Shown in pieces: positions 25,458-38,435 of a stretch of 64,000 bases of DNA. The translations under genes and the position numbers were made by a program. The notes below the pieces were generated by a model that ran no database searches, was not told where the DNA came from, and saw nothing but the letters and a program-made list of their open reading frames with translations. Position 1 is the stretch's first letter. Each line of letters begins with the position of its first letter. Origin of the DNA: Gnetum montanum (taxonomy: Eukaryota; Plantae; Gnetophyta); the NCBI GenBank assembly GCA_015680685.1, contig MNCI01000135.1, forward strand, positions 183,762 to 247,761, written 5' to 3'.

Positions 25458-27029
25458 AAGTTTATGAAAGATTGCATACAAGGATTTATAGACCAGCCTT
25501 ATTCCGTATTTTAGGAAACAAACTAAAAAAGAAAACCAAGCTCCTAGAAATCAGAAATGATAAAAACAGAAGGTACAATTCAGGGAAAACAAACTCAAAA
25601 ATTGCAATTAATCTCACAAAATCAGGAACTTACTCGATCTTTCCAACACTCCCCCTCAAGCTGGAGAATAGATATCTATCATTCCTAGCTTGTAAACTAA
25701 AGACTCAAAACCCTGTTTTGATAATGCTTTGGTGAGGATATCGGCCTCTTGATCCGTAGTCAATCTCATGCTTGATAAAGCTTCTATCTATTTTAACATG
25801 CTTTATTCAATCATGTTAAATTGGGTTGTGGACAATGCTTATTGCTGATTTATTGTCATTGTAGAGCTTCGTAGGACTTGAGAATGAAATTTTTAGATCC
25901 TTTAGAAATCTCTCAATCCAAATAAGCTTGCACACTCCTTGAGCAATTGCCCGGTACTCTGCTTTAGCACTGCTCCTTGCTACAATTGACTATTTCTTAC
26001 TCCTCCATGTCACAATATTTTCCCATAATTTCACATCGTATCCAGTTGTGGATTTGCTATCTTCCACTGATTTGGCCTAATCTGCATCATCAAAGCCTTC
26101 CCACCTCTTGAGATTCACCTTTCTTGAACAGGAGTCCCTTGCCAGGAGATCCCTTTAGATATCTCAGTACATGATTGGCTGCCTCTAGATGTTGATTTGT
26201 AGGTGAATGCCTAAATTGATTGATCACACTCATATTGTAGGCAATGTCGGGTCTAGTAAGTGAAAGGTAGATCAGTTTTCCTACCAGATGTTGATACTGC
26301 TCATGGTCAACTGGGGAATCATTATTTGTAGCCTTTTATTTCTAATTCCTTTCCAATGGTATGCTAGCCGGTTTACAACCTATTTTTCCTGTCTCCTTAA
26401 GCAAATCAAGAACATATTTTCTTTGGGTTACAAAGATCCCTTATTTGCTTCTAGCAGTCTCCATACCAAGAAAATACCTGAGGATCCCAAGGTCCTTGAC
26501 TTGAAATTCGTTCTTCAGTTTAGTCTTCAACTTTGAAATCTCTAAGTGGTCATCACCAGTAATCACAATATCATCCACATATACAATGAGAATGGACTTC
26601 TTCCCACTCAATGATTGCTTAGTGAAGATTGTATGATTGGCCTGCCCTTAGGTGTATCCAAAACTTTGCAATGTTGAGCTAAATCTTGTGAACCAAGCTC
26701 TAGGAGATTGTTTCAAACCGTACAAAGACTTCTTAAGCTTGCACACTTAGTTGCTTCCCATCTCAAATGCTGGTGGCATCTTCATAAACACTTCCTCCTT
26801 CAAATTTCCATTCAAAAAAGCATTCTTTACATCCATTTGGTAAAGATCCCATTCAAGATTTACAACAAGTGACAACAATACCTTGATTGAGTTCATCTTG
26901 GCAATAGGGGCAAATGTTTCTTTGTAGTAACTCCATTAGTCTGGGTGTATCCTTGAGCAACCAAGTGAGCTTTATACCTCTCTATCTCCGCATTAGGCTT
27001 GAACTTCACTATGAATATCCACTTGCAAT

Positions 27030-30000
27030 TGTAGTTATTTAGAAAAGTAGAGAAACAAAATTTTTATTCCCTAATGTTTGAGTGTTACAATGAGCCCTTG
27101 TTATACATGAATATGGACACTATTTTTAGAAGGAATAATTAGAAATCCCTGATTATGGGGAAAAACAAATCACCATAAAATCAAGTACCATAAAATCAGG
27201 AAATTTGCCTAAAAAAAGCTGGATTTGGGATGACAGCAAATCCCATTAAATTGGGAAACTACCAATAAGAATTACAGTTGTAAACAATCCTAAAAATTGA
27301 TATGGATTTCCACACTCCCCCTCAAGCTGGGCTGTAGGTGTTGAGAAGACCAAGCTTGGATCGAAGTTCTTTGAAGGTAGTTCTAGGAAGAGCCTTGGTT
27401 AGGATGTTAGCTATTTGATTTGTGTTAGGAACATAATCAATTGGGATCATCTCCTTTTCTATCTTTTCTTTGATCAAGTGCCTATCTATCTCCACATGTT
27501 TTGTTTGATCATGATGTACCGGGTTCTTGGCTATGCTAATATCTGCTTGATTGTTGCACAACAACATGATGGAATTTGTAATTTGGATTTTGAGCTCATG
27601 CAATAGTCTCTGCAGCCATATTCCTTCACATATCCCTTGCACCATAGCTTTGAATTCTACCTTATCACTGCTATGGGCTACTACAGATTGTTTCTTGCTC
27701 CTCCAGGTGATGAGATTTCCAAAGACAAAGGTATAGTATCTTGATGTTGATCTTCTAGTAGTCTTGGAGCCTGCCCAGTTAGCATCTGTAAATATCTTGA
27801 TATCTCTGGTTGATGTCTTTTTGAAGTAGAGACCTTCACCAGGGGCACCTTTTAGATACCTTAGAATTCTGAACACTTTGCTCATGTGTTCTTTAGTTGG
27901 GTTGTTCATGAATTGACTAACAACACTAATTGAGAAAGCAATATCAGGTTTGGTATGAGAAAGATAAAGAAGTTTTCCAACAAGCCTCTGATACCTCCCC
28001 TTGTCCACTGGTTGACTTTTTTCATTTGAATATGACTTGCTGTCTATTGGAGTGTTAGTTGGTTTACATCCAAGCATTCCAGTTTTCTTGAGTAAGTCTA
28101 GGACATATTTACGTTGTGAGATTGAAATTCCCATTTTTGATCTTCCTATTTCCATTTCAAGGAAACATATGAGATTTCCCAAGTTCTTTATCTCAAATTC
28201 TTGAGCAAGGAAGTTCTTCAGGGTGGCTATTTCTCTTTCATCATTCCCGGTCAGGATGATATAATCAACGTAGACAATAATGATGGATGTTCGACCTTTA
28301 GAAGAGTGCTTGACAAACATAGTATGATCCATTTGGCATTGTGAATAGCTGTGTCTATAGTCTTTGCAAATTGATCAAACCATGCACATGCAGATTGTTT
28401 AAGACCATAAAGAGATTTCTTTAGTTTACATACTTTGTTGACATTTTCTACAGACTTGATACCTGGTGGAATATTTGTGTAAACTTCCTCTTCAAGATCT
28501 CCTTTCAAGAATGCATTTTTGATGTCCAATTGGTGTAGAGGCCAATCAAGATTAGCTGCAAGGGATAGAAGGACTTAGATGGCATTTAATTTGGCAACTG
28601 GTGCAAAAGTTTCTTGGTAATCAATTCCATAAGATTGTGTAAAGCCCTTGGTGACAAGGCAAGCTTTGTATCTGTCAATACTTCCATCTACCTTGTATTT
28701 AATCGTGAAGATCCATTTACATCCGACAGTATTTTTTCCTTCCAGTAGCTTGACTAAATCCCACGTTCCATTCTTTATTAGAGCATTGATTTCATCATGC
28801 ACCGCTGATTTCCACTCTGGTCTTTCAAGAGCCTCTTGAATATTACTGGGAATCTGAATATCTGTAAGGCTCATAGTAAATGCATGATATCCAGGTGACA
28901 ACTTATTGTAAGAAACAAAGTTCTGTACTGGGTGTTTTGTACATGATCTTATCCCCTTCCTTAATGCAATTGGTAAATCCAAAAGTTCATTAGAATCAGG
29001 AATTAAATTAGTGTTACCTAGATGTGAGTCATTCTGGATTGAATTTGGCACATTTTCAAGAATAGTGCTTGGGTAGAATTGTTCTTTCATATCCATTTGA
29101 CTTGGTTTCCTTCTTGAGTACACAATGAGCTCTTTGTTTACAGTCTCATGAGGAGGACTCAGTAGTGGACTGAGATTTGGGCTCCGGATGGATTGAGTCA
29201 GTGTCTCAACAGCAGAAGGATTTGGTTTGGGATCCTAAAAAAGATATTCCTAAATTTTTTTTTTTGAGAAAGTATTCGGGGTTCTATTATGAAAGATCAA
29301 AATATGTTACATAAGGTTACAAAAAGGGGGNNNNNNNNNNNNNNNNNNNNNNNNNNNNNNNNNNNNNNNNNNNNNNNNNNNNNNNNNNNNNNNNNNNNNN
29401 NNNNNNNNNNNNNNNNNNNNNNNNNNNNNNNNNNNNNNNNNNNNNNNNNNNNNNNNNNNNNNNNNNNNNNNNNNNNNNNNNNNNNNNNNNNNNNCCCTGC
29501 ATGGCCGCCTGCCTTCTATTTCTGTCGTCCGTGGAGGTGCCGGCGTCGGGGTGGCACTGTGCCGAGGTTCGGCGGATGTGCCTTCGAAGGCGACCCCAGG
29601 AACTTTCGCTGTTAATACCTAACATGAGGTATGGGCATCGTCCCCCCCGCAGCCACTTCCGGGCACTATGCTCGTGGGCGCGGTCGAGCTGCCGTTGTCT
29701 CTGCTCTTCCTCCTCCCTAAGTCGGGTCTGTTCCTCCTGCTCCGCCTGCTGCCGCTGTCTCTGGGACTCCGCCTCCTGTGCAAGCTCCTCCTGCACCTGG
29801 GCTCTGATTTCGTCGGCAAGCTTGGCCTTTGCCGCCTCCGTCATGAGGTCCTGATGTCTAGCCCTCTCTTGCTCCCTGGCCTGGAANNNNNNNNNNNNNN
29901 NNNNNNNNNNNNNNNNNNNNNNNNNNNNNNNNNNNNNNNNNNNNNNNNNNNNNNNNNNNNNNNNNNNNNNNNNNNNNNNNNNNNNNNNNNNNNNNNNNNN

Positions 30001-33000
30001 NNNNNNNNNNNNNNNNNNNNNNNNNNNNNNNNNNNNNNNNNNNNNNNNNNNNNNNNNNNNNNNNNNNNNNNNNNNNNNNNNNNNNNNNNNNNNNNNNNNN
30101 NNNNNNNNNNNNNNNNNNNNNNNNNNNNNNNNCCCCCCCCCCGCCATAGAGCCAAAATCAACCCCGAGTGCTTACCCCGGTGTTTGAGGCGAAGGGCCTC
30201 CTTAAAATAGAGGGGGAGGTTAACCTGGGCCCCTGTCTTCAGGCAACGGAGGAAGGTGAATCACTCTCTCCTTGAATGTTGGTTTTGGGATAATAAGGTT
30301 GTTTTTCCATGAATGTGACATCCAGTTATTGGTAAAATCATTTTGTACTAGGACAATAGCACTTATACCCCTTTTGATTTGGTGAATATCCTAGGACGAC
30401 ACATTTGGTGGCTTTGGGATCAAGTTTGCTACGAAATTGTTGGGGAATATGAACAAAAACTGTACAACCAAATACCTTGAGAGGGATTGATGAGATGAGT
30501 CGGGTTGTTGGAAAAGCTTTCAGAAGGACTTGACAAGGATTTTGGAATTTAAGAACTCATGATGGCATTCAATTGATGAGATATGCAGCAATAAGAGCTG
30601 TTTCTCCCCAAAAGAAATTTGGAACTTGAGAGGAAAGTAGGAGGGCTTGGTCAACTTCCAATAAATGCCTGTTTCTCCTTTTAGCTATTCCATTTTGTTA
30701 TGGGGTATCAATACAAGAGCTTTGATGGACAATACCCTCTTTAGATAGAAAATCCCCAAGAACAAAGTTGAAATATTCTTTTGCATTGTTGGTTCTCATG
30801 ATTTGGATTTTTGTTTTAAATTGTGTCTAAATCATGTTCATGAAATTTTTAAAGATTTGGCTGACTTCAAATTTTTTTTTCATCTGATCATCAACAAAGG
30901 ATACAAACCATCTCGCTCCTATCACATTTTTTATTTTTAACGGACCCCAAACATCACTATGAACCATAGAAAAAGGATGAGATGCTTTGTATGGTTGTAT
31001 TGGATAAGAGTTATGAACATGTTTTGAAAGCTGACAAATTTCACAATGAAGAACATTTGAATTTTTATTGAATAATAATGGAAAGAGTCTTTTGAGATAC
31101 AAAAAACTAGGATGGCCTAGTCTATAATGGCATAGTAGAATTTTATTTTTCCTATTTGACTTAAATATAGAAATAGATTGTTTTTCACTAATTGTATGTG
31201 GAGATTGTCTCTCAAGTTGGTTGCCTTTTTTGAAGATATAGAGTCCCGTACACACCTCAGCACTGCCAATCATCTGTCCCAAAGTCAAATCCTAAAAAAC
31301 ACAATGAAGGGAAGAAACTTAGCAACACAATTCGTATCCTAAGTGAGTTTACTAATGGATAACAAATCGCAAGTCAAGCTAGGGACAAGGAGAACAAATT
31401 TGAGGGTTAACCCCCTAGGTAATACAACAGAACCTGTATTAGACACCTTAGATAGAGAACCGTCGGCAATATGAACAGTATGGTTCTTAGTGCATGGTGT
31501 GTAGTCTTGAAGAATTCTAGAATCTCCAGTCATGTGATTTGATGCTTCAGAGTCAACAATCGAAGTGCTTAACTTATTACCCTTTTGAACTTTTAGAGCA
31601 GTGAGAAAGTTACCTTTTTGGGCCACTGAACCAATCCCTATGACCGGATTAGAAGTGCCAGACATTTGCTGAGTGAACAACTTCTACAGTACTTCCATTT
31701 GTTCCTTACTGAAGTGGTGTTTTGATGGTTTTGAAGGAGAGGAAGGTCTTTCTTTCATTTTTGCACTATTACCTTTGCTTTCTTTTTTAGATTTGGAGTG
31801 TGATGGTTTCTAGTCAGGAGGTTTCTCATGAATTTGCCAGCAAGTTTCTCTAGTATGACTAGGCTTCTAATAGTGATCACACCAGGGATGCCCTTTCTTC
31901 GTATGGGAACTAGAACCTTGTGCAGCTAAAGCTGAACCTTCATTGGTTGGATGGTTTGAATGAAGCATAACTTTCTTCCTGCTCTCTTCTTGTCGTACTT
32001 TAGAGGCAATCTCATGGAGACTTGGTAGTGGTTTGATTGCTAAAACATGCCCACTTCATCTAGGTTTTTGTTTAAACCTAGAAGAAACTTGTAGATTCAT
32101 TTCTTTTCAACAATCTTTTTATACTTGTTGGCATCATTTGAGCAGTCTGATTTTGTGGTCTTAAATAGATCTAATTGTTGCCAATATTGATTTAATCGAC
32201 TGAAATATTAAGTGACAGACAAGTCTCCTTGGTGTAAGTCATGAAGAATCCTTCCGCAGTGTCTTCTTTATTAAAGTAGGTTTCTCTTGCAACCTCCCAG
32301 ATCTCTTGGGTTGTTTCATAGAGCATGAAATCTTCTCCGATGTTGTTTGTCATCGAGGTGATCAACCATGACATAACCATGTTATTTTTAGCCTTCCAAT
32401 TTCAGTACTTTGGATCTTCCTTTGCCGGTTGAGTAGCTACTCTAGTGAGATAGTCATCTTTGCGCTTGTCACACACGAGCATCATAACTGAATGGGACCA
32501 TTGAAGATAATTTTGTCCATTTAGCTTGTGACTCATGATGAGGATAGCAGAATTTTCTGAACCACCATTAGTGCTCAGAATCGTGTTGCTATTAGGAGTG
32601 GAGGCTACATCTGATGTTGTGGATGTAGCCATGAGGATGGAAAGGGATATAACAAGGAGAGAGATGAACTGTTGTGACGGAAGAATGAGAGCCAACGTCT
32701 ACTTTTGTTGGAAGAGAGAGGGAAAGAAAATTCAACATCGCTGGTGATGAACACAGGTTTGATGTCGTTAGTGAGAAGGAAAAATTCACCATCGGACAGA
32801 ATTGCTCAGGAAATGCTTTGATACCATGTAGTTATTCAGAAAATTAGAGAAATTGAATTTTTATTCCTTGATTTTTGAGTGTTACAATGAGCCCTTTTTA
32901 TACATGAATATGGACACTATTTTTAGAAGGAATAATCAGAAATCCTTGATTATGGGGAAAAACAAATCACCATAATGTTAGGAACCATAAAATCAGGAAA

Positions 33001-33111
33001 TTTGCCTAAAGAAGCTGGATTTGGGATGACAACAAATCCTGTTAAATTAGGAAACTACCAATAAGAATTACAGCTGTAAACAACCCTTAAAAATTGATCT
33101 AGATTTCCACA
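27030..33111 (-). mobile_element. Ty1/copia LTR retrotransposon B nested in the RT of copia A
   Basis: LTRs 27030-27314 and 32827-33111 (TG..CA); TSD GCAAT/GCAAC; PBS rc GCTTTGATACCA 32815-32826; PPT 27315-27326; gag HKLNGQNYLQW; integrase HSDVWGP; RT GCKWIFTIK, YVDYI; RNase H DANWAG..KHVEID. It splits copia A at KNVVGC|KWIF. Confidence 0.95.
29254..30260 (-). mobile_element. Short 5'-truncated LINE (copy C) inside copia B, with intact-HPD J-domain
   Basis: Poly(T) on the + strand ~29255-29266; VNLPLY-like end of the accessory domain ~30150-30260; stop-free coiled coil plus WLRGGRCPYLMLGINSESSWGRLRRHIRRTSAQCHPDAG (HPD at 29545-29553). Confidence 0.88.
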
Positions 33112-36100
33112 GCAACCAACAACGTTCTTTCCACTAGGAAGATCAACTACCTCCCACATTCCATTCTCTTGAAGTGCTCTTATCTCTTCTTCAACAGCTG
33201 CTCTCCATTTCGGATTCTGAAAGGCTCTCTCAATATCTTTTGGAATCTCCATACCGTTGAGGCTAGTAACAAATGCCATGTAATGATGAGATAGATTTGA
33301 GTAGGTTAGTTGCCGAGAGATGGGATTTTGGGTACAAGTTCAAACACCTTTCTTGAGAGCAATAGGAAGATCCAAATTGTCAGATGACACCATACCTTCT
33401 TCCATGGTTTCAGGATCCTCCCTTGGTTCAGATAGTTTCACAGCATGGGGAGTCTCTAGTCTCCTTGAATAAACCATAATTGGTTTGGAGATGCTTGATT
33501 CTCCCTATCGATTCAATTCGTGATCACATTGATTTGAAGGGATTTGTTTAGTATGAAGATTGTCCGATTTGGTTGGATGTGGAGACTTGAATGAAGAATG
33601 AGACTCAGATGGAATATATATAGGAAGTGAGATACAGGGATCCCAATGGTCATCTTCACTCATCATCTCCCCTTGAAGAGAACTATTGGGATAAAACATT
33701 TGATCTTCCAAGAAAGTTACATCATAAGAGACAGAATTTTCTGGAAGGGGGGTGAAAGCATATTTATCCCTTTTGAGATGGAGAGTAGCTAGTAAAGACA
33801 CACTTAAAGGATTTGGGATCAAGTTTACTCTTTTGTGGGTGATGATTATAGACATATGTAATGCAACCAAACACCAAACACTATAGGAGAAAGAGAGTTA
33901 AGAATAAGGAAATGAGGATAGGTATCAAGTAGACAACTGAGAGGAGTTCGAAGATATAGAGTTTTGGATGGCATTCTATTTATAAGATAGGCTGCAGTTA
34001 ACACTGCTTCTCCCCAAAAAGAGTTTGGAACATGACCAGTGAACATAAGAGCTTGGGCTACCTCTAGTAAATGTCTATTTTTCCTCTTTGCCACTCCATT
34101 CTGTTGAGGGGTGTATGTACAAGAACTCTGATGAAACACTCCATTATCATTTTGGTTGTGTTAGGTCATTAGTGAAATACTCTCTACCATTGTCAGTTCT
34201 TAGAATTTTGATATTGGTTTGGAAAACATTTGAGATATGTTTGTGAAACTGTTTAACAATTGATTCAGTTTCGGATTTTTCTCTCATGAGATAAACCCAA
34301 CACACCCTTGTATGATCACCAATAAATGTGATAAACCACTTAGAGCCCGTGAGAGTGGATTGACGTGCGAGACCCCATATGTCACTGTGTATAAGATGAA
34401 ATGGCTTTGACACTTGATATGTATGAGAAGGATAATTTTTTCTAGTTTGTTTTGCGCCAATACAATGGTCACACTAGAAATCTGAAGGATTTTTATTGAT
34501 AAACAAAGTTGGATACAAAGATTTGAGATAAACAAAACGAGGGTGACCAAGGCGTCTATGCCAAAGTATTATTTCTGAACTTGACGAGGTTGAAAGGGAG
34601 ATGTTTTCATGAGATTGAATTTTTGAAGAAGAACCAACACCATTGAGAATGTAGAGACCATGTTTCTCCTCAGCACTACCAATCATCCTCCCCGAAGACA
34701 AACCCTGGAACACATAGAGAGAACGGAAAAATGTTACTGCACAATTTTGATCTTTTGACAATTTGCTGATAGAGAGGAGGTTATAATTTAACTCTGGAAC
34801 ATAGTAAACAAATCTTAAATTCATCCCAGAATTATGAATTGACTCACAACCTCCTACTCTTGACATAGTACCATCAGGTATAGTGATCTTAATGTCGTCA
34901 TGACACTCTTTTCATTCCTAGAATAAACTCTTGTTTCCAGACCTGTAATTTGAAGCATCCATGTCAACAATTCACTTATCATTTACATGGATACGTGTAA
35001 AACATGAAGTAGTTAGATTACCTCTATGTGCAACTGAGGCTATGGGAGTTTTTGATAATGTGTTGGCCTCCTTTATCAGGTTGGGATTACTCAATATTGA
35101 TTGTAACGCTTTAATTTGTTTAGTAGTGAGATTGAGATTACTAGACTTATCAGTCTTTGCAGTAGTCTCAATAGCAAGAGCTTTTTTTGGCTCCTTGTGG
35201 TTCTGTGGCTTGTAATTTGGTGGGTATCCATGGATTTTGAAGCAGTTATCCTGTGTATGATTCATCTTGTGGCAATGATCACACCACAACTTCTCCTTCC
35301 CAGATCTTTGACTCCTTTGATGTTGCTTGCTTTGGTGTGTGACGAGGGCTGATCCTACCAAAGGAGCATATGTTCTAGTTAGAAGCATAACCTTCTTTTT
35401 GCTTTCCTCTCCTTACTTTGGCGAAAGCCTCATGGATGGTGGGAAAAGGCTTTGTGCTCAACACTCTACCTCGTACCTCATCCAACTCTTTATTCAGCCC
35501 TTGTAAAAAGTCGAAGATCTGCTCCTTTTCAATCATCGGAGCAAACTTGACTCCATCTTTAGGACTCTCCCACTACATTTCATAAAATAAATCCATGTCT
35601 TGCTATAATTCATCAAAGAATTAAAATAATTAGTGACTTATTTGTCTCCTTGTTGCATCTCACGAAGCTTTGAACGTATTTCAAAACACCGTGACATGTT
35701 TTCCAGATCCAAGTAGATTTCTTGAACTATTGTCCATATGTCTTTAGCAGTTTTGTAGAATAGATATGTCCTTCCAATTTGTGGCTCCATCGAATTAATT
35801 AACCAAGCTAGCTCTATGGAATTGTCGGCATCCCAAGTATGATAGGCAAGGTCGGTAGATTCAGGAGGTGAAATTGTATTGGTGACATATCTGGACTTTT
35901 CTTTGCCTTTGAGGAGAAGAAAAACGGACTGAAACCATTCTTGGAAGTTGGCTCCATTGAGTTTGTGCTGGGTTATTTGAAGAGAATGATTTTCAAAGGG
36001 TTGAGAAGAAGAAGATAAAGGATTTGGGATAGTTGTCGTTGACGTGCTTTCAAGTGTGCTAGGCGAAGCGGATTTGTAAGAAGAATTTTTTTCAGCCATT

Positions 36101-37589
36101 TAACTTGGCTCTGATACCATGAGCAAAGAGATGAAATGAAATAGTTCTCTTTATTGAAGTTTATGAAAGATTGCATACAAAGATTTATAGACCAGCCTTA
36201 TTTCGTATTTAAAACAAATTAAAGTCTAAGTATTTAATAGAGTAATAAGGTCACATGTACAAATGTGGGGCATTATATTCTCTCAGCTTTACAGGCAAGA
36301 AGATTCAGGGTCAATTCATTCCACATATGCCTTAGAGAAAATAAAATAAAATATGTATCCATGTTCCTTACCAGCTAGGACAATTCAGTTACATTAAATT
36401 TTCATCAAAATTTCTTCTCATACATCAAAGTCATAGAGTGCAATGGATGAGGGTTCATCTAGCAAAATATAAAAATCATGAACTCAAGGCATCAAATCAA
36501 GAAAAACATCTTCTTCCAGTTACTAAATAGTGAAACTTTTCATTTTAGATCAATGACCCAATGCTGCATTGTCATATGAGCACTGAAAGATCATTACACA
36601 ACCTTTCTATAGCTACAGAGAGATGGAATTAATTTTTGACTAAAAAAGAAGTTGAGTATTTCTTCTATACTGAAACATTACCATAATAAAACATCCTTCC
36701 CTGACTCATAGGTGAGGTTACTCTCTTTGGACATCATGAAATCATAAAATAGTAGTAAGTCATACCTGTTCTTACTTGTTTGAATGTGCCAAGCTAAATC
36801 ATTTTCATTGCACCTAAAAAGGTTAACTCATATGCAAGCAAAATATATTCATATGAATATCCTTTCCTTTTTGGTTGTGAACAAGTAATTCATATAATCT
36901 ACTTATATCACATTTTCATCAGTCATAAAATCGAGAATAAAAAAAGAACACATTTAAAAGCAGCCAAGAGATAAAAAGCTTTTATTCAATATTTCAAAAT
37001 TCATCACAGCCAAAAACCAGTTTTATAATCAGAACAGAGCCAGGGAAAATCAGATTACCATAAGCGAAATGCAGAAGAACACACTACTAGACATCTCAAG
37101 ACAATCGCAAAAGAAGAGGGTTGTTACAGGTTTTAGAAACGGTCTATCCAACATCGTATAAATTGCATGGCATGTATTCTGGATGAATGGTTCTAAACCA
37201 GTAAAGATAACATGGATTCGTCATGGCTTAACCATATTTGATTGGATTTAGAGACCATAAGAATTACAAATGTAGTTGAATAACCCGTGCCTAAATGGTT
37301 ATAGCATTGAGTCTCTAACAATTAGGTTCCAAGCTCAAATCTACATAAAAATATACATTGAAGTTGATGTTAGGTAGACTACTAGCTATAAAAATCATTG
37401 TCAACCCATCTGTTAGTTCCAAATCTATTGGGATAATGGCCATGATGATGAAAATGATTAGCATAAAGAATAAACCTAGAGAAACCTGCCAGTTAATATA
37501 CTTTTTTAGGTGGGGTGTTAGAACTTGAAATAAGTGAAATATAGGTACACCCCAAAATATATAGTCTAGTTAGAACTTTATATAACTCA

Positions 37590-37662
37590 ACATTGCCCAC
37601 CAGAATTGAACCCATGACTTGGAGCTTCCAAATTATGTGTCATACCACTAGGCTAACCCACA
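37590..37662 (-). mobile_element. tRNA-derived SINE / tRNA-like remnant
   Basis: Reverse complement reads TAGCCTAGTGG (A box) ... GGGTTCAATTC (B box) at tRNA-like spacing. Confidence 0.55.
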
Positions 37663-37679
37663 AGCCTAGGCAGTTGTTG

Positions 37680-37900
37680 CCCAAGGGGTGCAAGTAGTAC
37701 GTGGTGGTGGGGGTGGTGTGGTTGGGGACAATCCTTGGAAGGTGTCTGATGTCTCCTTGATTACCTCCTCAATTGCCTCCCCAACAAAAAAAGGGGTGGA
37801 GCTTCCCTTGTTGGGGGATTGGGTTTTGGTTGTCCATGGGGGATCTTTGCCCCTTATGTCGGATGCAAAATCATGTGGGATGCAACATCATGTGGGTTAG
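37680..37900 (+). mobile_element. LINE ORF1 C-terminal fragment
   Basis: ELPLLGDWVL matches the same motif in copy 3 ORF1 (~9297-9330). Confidence 0.6.
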
Positions 37901-38338
37901 AGGACCCTATAAGCTTCCCTGTTTTGCTGGGGTTGGGTAGGCTTGGCCAACCTTCTGGTCCACTTGCCCACAGCAAGAAGACGTAGCTGGATATTGACTT
38001 GAGAATACAGCTGACCTTGAAAGAGGTCTACAAGAAGCATTCTGCACGTCACACATGAAGATTTTGTCCTAGAATTGTAGGGGTTAGGGTATGCCCTATA
38101 AAAGAAATACCCTGAAAGAGATTGTGTGAAGTGAGGCATGCCTTTTTTTTGTAGTTGTAAAATATATGAATCGGAAACCTCCTTTATATTGTGAGAATGT
38201 GTACTGTTCCTTCTTTAAAAGCGCAGCATAGTCATTTTTTCTTATTCTTTAATTTCTTTGTTATGGTAGTGTGGACTTTTCTCTTTGGTTCTTCCGAGTT
38301 GCCATTCATTAAACTGTTTCACTCTTCTATTTGATCAG

Positions 38339-38435
38339 GTGCTTCTTGGCTCTATGGCTGCTTTAGCTTTAATGACAATTATTTCTGTCTGGATTGGGAT
38401 AATGTTTCAGTGTATTCCGAGACAATTTCAAACTA
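38339..38435 (+). CDS. CMT1: Internal exon of the CMT1/PAM71-HL-like GDT1-family transporter
   Basis: cag|GTG...ACT A|gtaag; VLLGSMAALALMTIISVWIGIMFQCIPRQFQT (TM2 of UPF0016); 97 nt, phase 0/1. Confidence 0.93.

Larger units (their letters stand above)
20570..36222 (-). mobile_element. Ty1/copia LTR retrotransposon A (outer; Ale-like), interrupted by LINE copy 5 and copia B
   Basis: PBS TGGTATCAGAGCC (rc 36107-36119); gag HKLNGANFQEW (35638-36099) with CDHC..H..C knuckle; LWHRRLGHP; integrase HSDIWG, LRTDNGREY, TPQQNGVA; RT; PPT rc 25649-25660; 3' LTR 20570-20619 + 25471-25648; truncated 5' LTR from 36120. Confidence 0.93.
7059..38338 (+). other. 31.3 kb GT-AG intron of the CMT1-like gene, filled with retroelements
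   Basis: GTAAG at 7059 and TTGATCAG ending at 38338; the flanking exons join in frame (...QYTKGL|VLLGSM...). Confidence 0.85.
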
